64,000 bases of DNA from Macrostomum lignano (GCA_002269645.1 NIVC01002508.1:35923-99922); one strand, 5' to 3'. Numbered from the stretch's first letter, positions 23,554 to 36,729 are shown. Program-made: numbers and translations. The notes: generated by a model from the letters alone, not told the origin.

Positions 23554-24382
23554 GTGGCATTCTTTCGTTATAGAAGACCCAAAAATGCGTGACTTTCGTA
23601 ATGGAAGACCCTTGGAAAAGGGGAAGAAATCAATCAAAAAATAAGCATTCATTAACAAAATGAAAGCGTAGCAAAAGTTAATTCCACACAAAGTTGATGC
23701 TTTAATTGACAGTGCTTAATTTCACACAAAGTTGTTATAATGTAATCGCAAGGGTTTATGCCACCAATCTTATACCCAGCCTGTCAAACTAACCCAGCCT
23801 GGCACTTCTCCTCACCTTCGAAAAAGAAGACCCAACTCATTTCACCTAAGTATTTACAACACGGAGGTCTTGCATTATGAAAGTAAGAGCCCTTTATGTT
23901 AAGCTTACATCTGCAGAATTTCCAACAGGTAACCGACAATGAACATCGTGATGTCCATTGGGTGCAGCTTTGACCTCTCAAAAAAGTTTCCATATCCCTT
24001 ACTTTCGTTTCGGAAGACCTTTAATGGATGCTTAACATTGTCAGTCTTTTAAAACGAAACTATATATATCAGACATTCATAGAAAATGTACCCAAGGCCG
24101 ACACAGGAAAACAAACCCAACGTTTCTGCAACTTTTGTTGCTGCCACCCCTACTACCTTCATTTTGGAAGACCTTCAATGAAATAGTAGCTTGACAGTCT
24201 TCTAAAACAAAACTGTAATATAAACTATAATAAAGGACACACAAAGCCATTAAGAATAAACAAACAAAATAATAGACAACAATATGTGAGCAGCTTCCTA
24301 TGTTTTAGGCGGGTCTTCTTTTTCGAAACTGCCAGCTTCCAATTTGATACATAGAGGGTCTTCTAAAACGAAAGAATGCCAC
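23554..24382. mobile_element. 829-bp non-autonomous DNA transposon (MITE), 27-bp TIR GTGGCATTCTTTCGTT(A/T)TAGAAGACCC, 4-bp TTAT TSD
   Basis: TIRs at 23554-23580 and 24356-24382 (26/27); TTAT at 23550-23553 and 24383-24386; internal GAAGAC...GTCTT(C/T)TAAAAC subrepeats. Confidence 0.88.
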
Positions 24383-24659
24383 TTATGTTTGCCATTATAA
24401 TTCTTTTAGGTTTGACATGATACTTTTTTTAGTTAACATGACATTTTATGTTTGACTTGAGGCTTTTTTGTTTAACAAGACTCATGTTAAATGTAATTAA
24501 CACAATATTTTATGTTGGACTTAAAGCTTCTCTTATTAAGTTTTCCTTGCAATAATAAAATCATTTTTTTAAATTAATGCTTTTAAGATTTGATCATAGG
24601 TCACAACATTTGCAGCTCAGTCTATTTATATCTAAGATAGCTCTTATTGAATTAATGAC

Positions 24660-25192
24660 ATGTGTGGGTTCCCCGACAGATATTCACCCCAACAGATATT
24701 TTTTTCTTTGGGCAGATAATTCAAACAAAAATGAATTCATGTTTTGGGATACATTCCTTACTCTAGCTAGCTTTAAAAAATTGTAAGCAGAAAGTTTTGG
24801 TTTATCTTGGTTGCAGATTGTTGATCAACAAAAAGTTTGATTTATCACTATGTCTCAATGCTTCAATAATTTGCTCTGAAACTTTTATTACTACTTGACG
24901 CGTCTCAGCTTTGCAATGACATCTTAGACCCATTATTCCCTTTTGTATTTCCCAAGATATTTGCTTCCAAAATGTGTTTGTAAGGGGTGCCAATGAATTT
25001 GTCTTTTGACACACTTTGCATTCATGCCAATTTTTTTTTCTTTGGGACAATTTCTGCTTACAAATTTTTAAAGCTGAATATGGCCTCAGAGTAAGGAATG
25101 CATCCCAAAACATGAATTCATTTTTTGTTTGAATTATCTGCCTGAAGAAAAAATATCTGTCAGGGTGAATATCTGTCGAGGAACCCACACAT
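24660..25192. mobile_element. 533-bp MITE with ~105-bp TIRs (ATGTGTGGGTTCC...) and an 8-bp TTAATGAC TSD
   Basis: Arms 24660-24764 and 25089-25192 are reverse complements; ttaatgac directly flanks both ends. Confidence 0.88.
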
Positions 25193-25542
25193 TTAATGAC
25201 ATGGATTTTAGCATTTATGATATTCAATACTCATATCAAGTCAATTAGAATAAAATCACAAGGACCAATTATAATATATTTATGAGCAAACTTCTCACTA
25301 AGTTGATTACTAATATGGTTTTGTATTCTATAAAAAATCAAGTTTTTATAGTTTTTATAGTAACAGTTTAATAATTCAAAATTTGAAGCAATTGTGTTTC
25401 TTTGAACTTTAATAGAATCAAATGCTATTCTTTATGCTGTTATAGTTGTATATGTCAATTTATTCTAGAGTTCTAATAATATGTTTTAATATTTTGTTTA
25501 AGTAGATTTTGTTTCCAAAAAATGAGACTCATGTTTGAGCAT

Positions 25543-25883
25543 GTGAGGTGGGGGTAGAGAAACTTTTCTTGGAAATTTGGCAGTTTGAAATTAGTTGCTG
25601 ACACCAATGAGGTGGGGTGGATTTCACATTTGAATTGCCACCTGTGTTGTCTCGGCACTCGTAAAGCTAGAAAATTCCACAAACAGATGTGTTTAACTTC
25701 TCCTTGATACTCCGTCTGCTGGGTTCTCAATTCCGGGGGGAAGGTAGTTGTGATTTGCAGTCGAGCAGTCTTTTAGCGGCATGGTTGTTCAAATGGTTCC
25801 TTAGACACTGAAAAATTTGTAGTTTGTTGATATGCTTGGATTGTTACTGTCAGTAGTAAAGTAGCACTGCCACCATCATAATT
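25543..25883. repeat. Dispersed repeat, copy B (CpG-depleted) of 2722-3070
   Basis: By-eye alignment to copy A. Confidence 0.85.
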
Positions 25884-27289
25884 TTGTTATATTGTTTTTG
25901 TATTATCGAATGTTGAAGGTCTCACAAGTTAGGGCCGCTGTACACTCCTGTGTGAGTGTGTGCCTGCGTAACGTATCCGCGCGCTTGTATGCCTGCTCAG
26001 GGGAGTCAGCGGAATGGGCAGTAATGCCTCTCGCCGGTTGTGTGCCAATGACGCTTAAATTGCGCCAGGGTGCACACAACCTCCCTGCCTCTAATAATAA
26101 TAATAAACACATGCAACTTATAGTATTTTTCTATAAATGTATAGCAGCCTTGGATTTAGATCTTAGCTGTATATTGAAAACTGCTACACGTGATAAATAT
26201 GTAATCAGAGTGTCAGTTTGCGCATCTTAGTAATCATAAGACAGAAGGATTCCTAGCCTAGTTAAACATCCAGGTCTGACAAGTGTATAGCTGCTCAACC
26301 ATATACAAGCATATGCTACTAATACTAATAGTCCCTAACTGTGCTAAATGATATAAAATATACTAGACTCATTACACTAAGTTGCAATGCAGTCTTATGC
26401 TATGTTTCCACATTGTGTTTTTGGCATTCTTTTGGTTTACAATCACCCCAAACAATGATAATCACCTTAAACAGTGATGATCACCACAGAAACAGTTGTA
26501 AGATATAAAATCCATAGTTTCCAATGAAACAAAATCAAATGTTGGCAAACTGACTTTGTTTATTTCAAAAGATAGTAAGATTGTCATAGCACCTTATATT
26601 TCACCTTTACTTTACAATCACCTAAATGTACATTGCCCATTGAAATGATCACAAACCAAAGCTAGCAGTAAGAAAGTGTACTAAGGGTTGACATGCTTTC
26701 CTAGAGCCAGCTTTGGATGATTGTAAACCAAAGGTGATAAATATATAAGCTACTAGTGAACTGATGTACACATCTTTTCAATTTCAAATTAACAAAGTTA
26801 GTTGATCAGCAAACTTTTGATTTCTTTTCATTTGAAACTACCATCAGTTTTTATGTCTTGGTTTTGAACATGCCATTTTTGCACTGTAGTACGCAAAATA
26901 CAAAGTGATCTTAAACCAAAACTGGAAAAATAAAAGGTGATTGTAAATGGAAAGATTGCCAAACTCTACATTGTTTTCCTCACTATAATACAATTTAAGT
27001 AAGATTTACAAATAAACCAATATATTGACTTTAAATAAAAGTCTAACCTCATATGGTGTTGTAATCTTTATTAGAACTAGAATTAGTCCATTTTTTACTA
27101 CAGTGATCACAAGGGATTCAAAGTTGAACATTTTCTGTCTTAGTCATTTTCTGAAATCAATGGTAACAGAAATAGAAGAAATCAAAGATAGATAATAATC
27201 ATACATGCCCAACACTTGTCTGACCCATCCAAACCAGATAGGTAAAATGTCCACTAGCCAAAGTAATTTGCAAAATAAAAAAAACAAAA

Positions 27290-27500
27290 ACAAAAATTGG
27301 GAGAAGAAAGAAAGGAGAAGAAAAGAAAAAGAAAAAAAGGAGGGGAAAGAGAAAGAGGGGAAAAGGAGAAAGAAAGAGAGAAAGGGTAAAAGGAGTAAGA
27401 AAGAAAGAGGGGAAAAGGAGAAAGAAAGAGAGAAAGGGTAAAAGGAGTAAGAAAGAAAGATGGGAAAAGTAGAGAGAAAGAGAAAAAGCAAGAAAAGTTA
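27290..27500. repeat. Purine-rich (A/G) low-complexity tract
   Basis: Almost exclusively A and G. Confidence 0.85.
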
Positions 27501-29110
27501 TATTCAAAGTGAAAATTAAGTCGTAATTAGGGTACTGAGTCACAATTGAGAGGAACTAAGTTGCAAATCTGGACAAAACTAAGTTGCACTAGATGGGTGA
27601 AATTTTGAGGTTGGGCATATATGATAATAATCTCTCATAGATAAAGACAAAAAGTTTTAGTATAAATAATGACTATTCATAGGCCCTATTTAAATACAAT
27701 TATAATCAAGATCTAAATATAAGGCCTTATGTTTTAGATATTTCTATATTTATAGTTTATAAATTATAACCAACTGTAAATAGACTTATGCAGTTATAAT
27801 AGTATGCTTGAAATTTGGTTTATTTACTTAGCTATGAATTAAAGATTATTTTGAATAAATTGTTTTGTTTCTATTGCCTATAGATATAGAAGGGAAGTAT
27901 TGATGTACTTTAAATATGGGGTCTACACATAAATACTGATCAATTGTTTAGCTTATTTTGGCAAATGAACAAGTTGGATATAAAAATTCAGTAAATCAAA
28001 TCTTTTGACAAAGGGACTAATATCTATGGCTGAAAGCTTTCTCTTTAGGAATTCTTTAGAAACTTGAAAGACTCAAGTAAATTCTTTATATAACTGACAT
28101 ATATCTGGTTTTTAAGGGTCAAATAATATCATGTATGTTACTAGAAAAGTCTCTTTTTGAAAAAGCTATAAACTTCTACAATTTGTTTTTTTATGGTTCC
28201 TCTTTTCTACTATATTATTTGGTATATAATTTATTTTATTATAGTTGGATCAGAAATTATTTTCAATTTCAAGCTTTCTTATATTTAGTTAGGACAATTT
28301 CTAAAAAATTCTAATTAGAACCAGTGCAGTTAGCCAATTATTGCTGTCTATTTTGTACTATCTTTGTTTTATATATGAATACTATTGTTTTATACTTTAA
28401 AAGTAAGATGACATGCATTAAAGCCAAATCTTGTAGTTTTGCATTAAGTAAAAATACTAATTGAATACACCCCTATTTTTAGTACTTTTCATCCTCTTAA
28501 GATATATAAAGAAATCTAGGGTTATCTTAATGTTTGAGCCTAGGGTTATCAATTTTAGAATAGAGGTAATTGATATTGGCACTCATATTGTGAATAATTT
28601 GGCTCTATTTTTGCTGACAGCTCTGCCAGCACAAGCTGTTTTTCATGGTGTCCAAACTAGATGGACAAGCACACAGATAAGAGAAATGGCTCTCAGTGCA
28701 CCTGTTCAGATCCTGAACTCTGTGTAACAGCTAAACAGCTCAAATTGGTTATGTCATGGAGTGTGAATTATAGTGTAAGTAGTGTGTGTGTGCTTTAATG
28801 TAGAAATTGAATTTCAGTGGTCTGTTCAGCCTTGCACAATCAATATAAATTTTTAGCTCAGCCAGTTGGATTCCAGCGCAAAAGAAGAGGCTCTTGTTGC
28901 AGAAGATTTTATTGGAGTTCACAAAGTGACTGTATCTATGGAGCATTTTCGAGTGTAAGTGTTCGGTTGTAAGTGTTTGGCGTTAAATTTCATGAAGATG
29001 TGGACAGAACTACAGTGGACAGAACTATGTTTGCAAATATATCAAAACTTCAAGAAGTTCAGGATGCCAAGATAACCCTACCATGTACATGTGTATCGCT
29101 CATGCTTGGA

Positions 29111-29264
29111 CGCAACCTTGGGATTCACTCGGCCGTTTCTATTGGCAACACACACATGTAAGTCGCTATTGGACGGAATAGTAGTCACGTGACTGCTCTC
29201 AGCCAATAGCGACTTACATGTGTGTGTTACTAATAGAAACGGCCGGGTGATTCCCAAAGTTGCG
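29111..29264. repeat. 154-bp near-perfect palindrome (MITE-like hairpin)
   Basis: ~62-bp arms with 5 mismatches around a spacer containing the palindrome agtcacgtgact. Confidence 0.9.
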
Positions 29265-29462
29265 CATGTATGGTATCGCTGTCCTCTGTGGGCCACACAG
29301 AAAGAAACAGGATGCCAAAACTAAAAGTTGATGAGTCATCACTATTTGAGATTTGATAAAAAAAGACTAAAAGGGAATAAAGGGCAAGAGAGAAGTTTAA
29401 ATACACTGGCGGTACAACAAATATCCCAATTTTATTTCCACACCCCAAACAGTAGCTGCGGC

Positions 29463-32400
29463 ATGCCGGCCAGCTTCCAATTCAAAGAGTACTGCCCTCG
29501 GGTGTTTGCTCATCTGCGCCGGGAGTTCGGCTCATCAAATGTCTATTCAATTGATGGCAGAGACGGCGGCGGCAGCTGCAGCGAAGATTTCCGAGCAGCC
29601 TGGACTGTGCAGCTGCCAGCCTGGGACAGCGACTCGCGCGGCCATTCGTCTAGCAGGTTTCTGCGCTCGGCTGATGGCGCCTTCTTTGCTAAAACTATTG
29701 AACGAAGCGAAGCTGGCGCCCTGAAACGGATGCTGTCGTCTTATTGGAATCACGTGACCGACTGTCAGACCGACACTTTGTTGCCGCAGCTGATGGCTCT
29801 GTATAGAATTACAATGAGCGGGTCAAAGTTCTACATCCTGTTTATGCGGTGAGTTCTATTATTGTGGTAAAGGTTCGGTGAAGGGTCATAGCTCTGCAGT
29901 CATGGTCATTAAAGGGTCATAGCTCTGCAGTCAGAGTCATTTAAGGGTCATAGCTCAGCAGTCAGAGTCATTTAAGGGTCATAGCTCAGCAGTCAGAGTC
30001 ATTTAAGGGTCATAGCTCAGTAGTCATGGTCATTAAAGGGTCATATCCCACCAGTCATAGTCATTAAAGGGCCATAGCTCAGCAGTCAGAGTCATTAAAG
30101 GGTCATAGCTCAGTAGTCAAGGTCATTAAAGGTTCATATCCCACCAGTCATGGTCATTAAAGGGTCATAGCTTAGTATTCATGATCATTTTAGGTCAGGT
30201 CAGTTTTTTTATGATCAGTGAAGCTTGATATTCATATTACTAAAAAATAAAGAACCCTACTTAGTAGTTAGTGAAGGGTCATGTGACTCGTGCTTATTTG
30301 TGTTACAGTGAGTTCGTGCTAAGTTAGGGATTTTTTATTAATATTAATTGTTTGAGTGGTCTTATTTGTTCATGTTCAGCATTTAAACTATTGTTATTAA
30401 ACTCCATTTTCGTTCAAATTATAACCCAGTTTTGGGCTATTTTTTTTAATCTTTATAGTTAGTGGTCATTCACCTATGCTATTAATCATCGATGAGCTGA
30501 TCATTAAAAAATGAGTCGAATTACTTGTAATAGTGCACCAGATTCGTGTATTCGTTAGCTATCACCACTATGATAAGCGTACATGTAGCATTTGTATGCA
30601 TACAATTTTATTTCTAAATCCCCACAGAGCAGGAGCAAAGCTTGAGTCCAGTTTTATGAAATTTACTACTGGTCACTGCTAGTTTAGTATAAGGATTTGT
30701 TAGATAAGAGTCCGAAATTATATTGCCTTTTTATTTAATTGTTTTGAATTTATATTTATTAATTACAGAGGCCATGCTAAGTGAGTCTGATGGCATAGAT
30801 TCAAATTGACTTCAATTTTTTATAGCAATCCTTACTTTCCCCTACCTATAATCCGTTCGAGATATTATAGCCCAGCATCGACTTAGGGTGTTTCAAAAGT
30901 CACGGAGAATTTCGTTATACTTCTTAAATGTTTACGAGACCTAGCAATTTTGTTACCATGGACAGCATAACAGCTTCAGTTTCAACTTTATCAGCCCACC
31001 ATGTGTGTCAGTGATATCTTGCAAGTAAGTCCAGACCTCGAGATTAATAATCAAAATTTTTGTGATAAGCGTTCGGCAATAAATGTTAATTTTTGCGTTG
31101 CTTAAAATGGAAGTCGCATTCGCCAAAGTTTTCTAATTATAAAAATGGTATAGTTAACAAAAAAACTTTACCGGCTCTTTACAGCTTAAAAGCGATCAAT
31201 AAAAAGTCCTGGGCAACTTTTCCCATAGACAGCAGATAGAGAAGTCAGTGTCAGGTGCAGCTGAGTGCAACAGCTTCAAAGTTCTTAAACTTTTTCATTG
31301 ACTTGAAAATGTTGGTCTCTTACCATAGACAAATGCCCGCAGCTACCAATCATGAATGAAGGAATAGAAAGGATCGCTCATCTGAAAGCGAGTCTATGGC
31401 CAAGACTTCCTAAAAATTAGGATTCCCCCCATGAATTTCATTGGCTGCTGGAATTCGATAATAGTCCCCCCTAAGTTCTTATTGGCTGAAGCTTGTACGC
31501 GAGGGAAATTCCAAAGTCACGATTAACGTTAGACATCTATAACTGCTTTCTTCCTCTGTGCCACGACGGCTTAAGGGAAAGAAATTAGCATTTCCCCCAA
31601 GTACAAGTACATTAAGAACTTAGGGGGACTATTAATAAATTCCAGCATCCAATGAAATTCATGGGGGATATCCCAATTTTTAAACAATCTTTTCCATAGA
31701 CTCGCTTTCAGATGAGCGATCCTTTAAGGTTATAATAATTTGAGTACTAAACTATATGTAGACCAAGCATAGAACTTAACAATAGACATAACTAAACATT
31801 TACAATTATTATTATTATTATTTTTATTAATATATTCATATTCAAAAGTTATGACAAAACTCTCCGTTACTCTTTGAAACAAGCCTCAAATTATTAATGA
31901 GTCTATTTTATAGCACAAATCTCACACGTTTTCGTTTTAGCTAAAATTTAGTTTTCTGTATACTGTAAGAATCTCTTTTTTCTAAATAGATAGATTCTTT
32001 ATAATATTTAAAACTGTCATTATGCTTCTGCATACTTGCCACGTAATAAGGAGCATGATCTCCTAGCATGGTGCACATGAATACAGTATTAAAAGTAATT
32101 ATTTGCTGCAAATACATCGGGCTGAAGTTTGGGTTTAATTTTGCGTGCGCCATGTTGTTTAGCCATGAGTATTAGATCTGTTTATTAAAGATTTGTACGT
32201 TTAATGGGATGTCTTTAAAGGGATTGTGTATTGATCTGTGCAAAAAAGCGGATGTTTAAATGGACTGTGCTTTTAGACGGATCTTGTCTTCCCTGGTTTA
32301 GACGGTTTGTTTAAATAGGTTTTGTGTTTAAAGGGCTCTTGAGTTTATAGGACTGTTGTGTTTAAATTTGGTTGTGTGTTTATAGAGCTGGTGTGTTTAA

Positions 32401-35400
32401 ATGTGTTTATAGGACTGTTGTGTTAAAATGAGCTGTTTGTTTAAAGGGCTGGTGTGTTTAAATGAGCTGTGTGTTTAAACGGGCTTTGTGTTTATAGGGC
32501 TGGTGTGTTAAAATGAGCTGTTTGTTTAAAGGGCTGGTGTGTTTTAATGAGCTGTGTGTTTAAACTGGCTTTGTGTTTATAGGGCTGGTGTGTTAAAATG
32601 AGCTGTTTGTTTAAAGGGCTGGTGTGTTTAAATGAGCTGTGTGTTTAAACGGGCTTTGTGTTTATAGGGCTGGTGTGTTAAAATAAGCTGTTTGTTTATA
32701 GGGCTGATGTGTTAAAATGAGCTGTTTGTTTAAAGGGCTGGTGTGTTTAAATGAGCTGTGTGTTTAAACGGGCTTTGTGTTTATAGGGCTGGTGTGTTAA
32801 AATGAGCTGTTTGTTTAAAGGGCTGGTGTGTTTTAATGAGCTGTGTGTTTAAACTGGCTTTGTGTTTATAGGGCTGGTGTGTTAAAATGAGCTGTTTGTT
32901 TAAAGGGCTGGTGTGTTTAAATGAGCTGTGTGTTTATAGGGCTGGTGTTTATAGGGCTGGTGTGTTAAAATGAGCTGTTTGTTTAAAGGGCTGGTGTGTT
33001 TAAATGAGCTGTGTGTTTAAACGGGCTTTGTGTTTATAGGGCTGGTGTGTTAAAATGAGCTGTTTGTTTAAAGGGCTGGTGTGTTTAAATGAGCTGTGTG
33101 TTTAAACGGGCTTTGTGTTTATAGGGCTGGTGTGTTAAAATGAGCTGTTTGTTTAAAGGGCTGGTGTGTTTTAATGAGCTGTGTGTTTAAACTGGCTTTG
33201 TGTTTATAGGGCTGGTGTGTTAAAATGAGCTGTTTGTTTAAAGGGCTGGTGTGTTTAAATGAGCTGTGTGTTTAAACGGGCTTTGTGTTTATAGGGCTGG
33301 TGTGTTAAAATAAGCTGTTTGTTTATAGGGCTGATGTGTTAAAATGAGCTGTTTGTTTAAAGGGCTGGTGTTTTAAATGAGCTGTGTGTTTAAACGGGCT
33401 TTGTGTTTATAGGGCTGGTGTGTTAAAATAAGCTGTTTGTTTATAGGGCTGATGTGTTTAAATGAGCTGTGTGTTTATAGGGCTGGTGTTTTAAATGAGC
33501 TGTGTGTTTATAGGGTGTCGTGTTTAAATGTGTTTATAGGACTGTTGTGTTTAAATGGGCTTTGTGTTTATAAGGCTGATGTGTTTAAACGGGCTTTGTG
33601 TTTATAGGGTGGTGTGTTTAAACGGGCTTTGTGTTTATAGGGCTGGTGTGTTAAAATAAGCTGTTTGTTCAAAGGCCTGGTGTGTTTAAATGAGCTGTGT
33701 GTTTATAGGGCTGGTGTGTTTAAATAAGCTGTGTGTTTATAGAGTGGTGTGTTTAAATGGGCTTTGCGTTTATAGGGCTGATGTGTTAAAATGAGCTGTT
33801 TGTTTAAAGGGCTGGTGTGTTTAAATGAGCTGTGTGTTTATAGGGCTGGTGTGTTTAAATGAGCTGTGTCTTTATAGAGTGGTGTGTTTAAACGGGCTTT
33901 GTGTTTATAGGGCTGGTGTGTTAAAATAAGCTGTTTGTTTAAAGGGCTGGTGTGTTTAAATGAGCTGTGTGTTTATAAGGCTGGTGTGTTTAAATGTGTT
34001 TATAGGACTGTTGTGTTTAAATGGGCTTTGCGTTTATAGGGCTGGTGTGTTTAAATGAGCTGTGTGTTTATATGCTTGATGTGTTTAAATAGGCTGTGTG
34101 TGTTTAAATAGGGCTGGTGTGTTTAAATGAGCTGTGTGTTTACAGGGCAAACTGATTAACAGACTTGGCTAATAAGTGAAGAAGTGAGTTGTTGTGAGTA
34201 AAATGTGTGATGTCCTTTACTACATACCTCCGTTTATAGAGTGCACACGCACAGCACTGGCCCTCGAACGAACTTTTATTATATTTCACTTGTCAATCAA
34301 TGGCAACCTAAACCCTTATCCCTTGCGACAGCTCTGTATTCAACAGCGGCCACCCTTTGATCAGAAAATACGACTTAAAAGGCAGTCGAGTGGCCCGAAG
34401 GGCGACCACAGCTGACACTGCGGGCCACGCTGTCCCAACCCTGAAAGACTTGGACTTCATCAGGGCCGCCGACTGCCTCAACGTCGGTCCAGAAGTCAAG
34501 AGCGCCATTATGGAACGCCTTCGACGGGATGTGGCATTTCTGGAGCGGCACAACATCATGGACTACTCGCTGTTGGTTGGCGTGCACGAGTGGGCGGACG
34601 TCTCTAAAGAGGACCGCCAGACTGACTGTAAATTTCTGCTTTTGTCTAACCATTTCAATGCGCAACCTTACAGTTCTAAAGACAGTACGTGTATTTAGAG
34701 CCATGCGTACAGTAACTCTTCAGCATCCTACAGTAGGCATACAGCATCCTACAGTAACATACAGCATCCTACAGTAACATACAGCATCCTACAGTAGGCA
34801 TACAGCATCCTACAGTAACATACAGCATCCTACAGTAAGCATACAGCATCCTACAGTAGGCATACAGCATCCTACAGCAAGCATACAGCATCCTACAGTA
34901 AGCATACAGCATCCTACAGTAAGCATACAGCATCCAACAGTAGGCGTACAGCATCCTAAACTAAGAACGCAGCATTCTACAGTAAGCATACAGCATCCTA
35001 CAGTAAGCATACAGCATCCTACAGTAAGCATACAGCATCCTACAGTAGGCATACAGCATCCTACAGTAAGCATACAGCATCCTACAGTAAGCATACAGCA
35101 TCCTACAGTAAGCATACAGCATCCTACAGTAGGCATACAGCATCCTACAGTAACATACAGCATCCTACAGTAAGCATACAGCATCCTACAGTAGGCATAC
35201 AGCATCCTACAGCAAGCATACAGCATCCTACAGTAAGCATACAGCATCCTACAGTAAGCATACAGCATCCAACAGTAGGCGTACAGCATCCTAAACTAAG
35301 AACGCAGCATTCTACAGTAAGCATACAGCATCCTACAGTAAGCATACAGCATCCTACAGTAAGCATACAGCATTCTACAGTAGGCATACAGCATCCTACA

Positions 35401-35852
35401 GTAAGCATACAGCATCCTACAGTAGGCATACAGCATCCTACAGTAGGCATACAGCATCTTACAGTAAGCATACAGCATCTTACAGTAAGCATACAGCATT
35501 CTACAGTAAGCACACAGCATCCCTCATGAATGAATCTCACCCATCTCGCCCCCAAGGCTCAGACCAGCTGCCGTCAGCCGAGGCGCAGCAGTTCAATCGC
35601 TTCCTGATCAAGCAGCATCTGCCAAGCAATGTGGCCGAACCTTCGCCCAGTTCAGCTGGACGACCGACTCGATTCTACAGCATCGGGATGATCGACATCC
35701 TGACAGACTACGGGCTAGTAAAGCGGGCCGCGTGCGCCTGCAAGCGGATGCGGTACCCAGCCACTGGAGGCGTGGATAACGCATTTAGCACTGTGCCGCC
35801 TGGGCAGTATGCTAAGCGGTTCCTGAGCTTTGCCGACTCTTGTATGCAGTGA
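29463..35852 (+). CDS. PIP4K2: Phosphatidylinositol phosphate kinase (PIPK), type II / PIP4K-like; 3 exons recognised (325 aa from Met 29463), N-terminus possibly missing
   Basis: Exons 29463(acceptor ~29453)-29848, 34332-34627 and 35557-35852 splice in frame (phases 2,1). Motifs FKEYCPRVF, FAKTI, TLLPQ, KYDLKGS, PTLKDLDF, IMDYSLLVGVH, IGMIDILTDY and STVPPGQYAKRF. Activation loop KRAACACK resembles type II KKAAHAAK. Confidence 0.85.
29878..30170. repeat. 31-bp tandem repeat aagggtcatagctc(t/a)gcagtca(t/g)(g/a)gtcatt(a/t), ~9-10 copies, in PIPK intron 1
   Basis: Read directly. Confidence 0.92.
31370..31723. mobile_element. 354-bp MITE with long TIRs starting AGGATCGCTCATCTGAAAGCGAGTCTATGG; Kolobok-like
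   Basis: Perfect ~30-bp terminal inverted match that continues imperfectly for ~110 bp. TTAA on the right flank but AGAA on the left, so the TSD is only half supported. Confidence 0.75.
32330..34140. repeat. ~1.8-kb minisatellite of ~19-22-bp tgtgttta(a/t)a(tgagc/gggc)tg variants in PIPK intron 1
   Basis: Read directly. Confidence 0.93.
34722..35520. repeat. 21-bp minisatellite acagcatcctacagtaagcat filling PIPK intron 2
   Basis: Read directly; explains the MLYAYCR/MLTVGCC ORFs. Confidence 0.95.
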
Positions 35853-35934
35853 TTCACTCAATGCTCGGCGATTGATGACCTAAATAGGGTTCAAAGTTCA
35901 CTAGTGTGTTGCACCGGATGCTCTTTATGAGTTA

Positions 35935-36250
35935 GTTCATTAGTTAGTTAGTCAGTCAATTAGTCAGTTGGCTAGCTAATTAGTTAGTTAGTTGGCTGAT
36001 TAGTTAGTTAGTTGGCTGATTAGTTAGTTAGTTGGCTGATTAGTTAGTTAGTTGGCTGATTAGTTAGTTAGTTGGCTGATTAGTTAGTTAGTTGGCTGAT
36101 TAGTTAGTTAGTTGGCTGATTAGTTAGTTAGTTGGCTGATTAGTTAGTTAGTTGGCGGATTAGTTAGTTAGTTGGCTGATTAGTTAGTTAGTTGGCTGAT
36201 TAGTTAGTTAGTTGGCTGATTAGTTAGTTAGCTAGCTAATTAGTTAGTTC
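35935..36250. repeat. 20-bp repeat ttagttagttagttggctga
   Basis: Read directly. Confidence 0.95.
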
Positions 36251-36729
36251 GTTTTTGTACTTGAAAAATATGTAATTTGTAAAAAAAGGCTTGATATTTT
36301 CTGCTGTTCACTTGACTTTGACACAATTCCGAGGCAGACTTGAAAAGAAGAGTTTGTTGTTGAAATTTTTTTGAGAAAAAAAATGAGATTACTTCGTTCA
36401 AATTGCGCCCTAATTTGATTATAGCTAATCCCAGTTTCGTTTTTTGATTACAGCTCTTTTTGTTTTTCTTCGTTATTGTTATTGTGTAAGAGCTAAGCTG
36501 ATTGCTTGTTATAGAAACTAAACAGCATTTTTACAATCAGTTCTTCCTTCGGCTTCCACATGTTTACCTGCTGTGCTTGGCGTTCGTCTGTTACAGCTTT
36601 TTGTCTGTGATGTCTGCCTGCCTGTCTGCCAGTCGCTTTCTCCGAATATGCACACATTCGCGGAAATTCTACTCTATGTGCTGTGCTAAATACACTGATT
36701 TGTAATTCTGACCGTTTTGAAGATATCTA

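Noticed and set aside
27144-27543. Lys/Glu-rich and Phe/Ser-rich ORFs
   Set aside because: Products of an A/G low-complexity tract.
34769-35555. MLYAYCR/MLTVGCC ORFs
   Set aside because: Antisense translation of the 21-bp intronic minisatellite.
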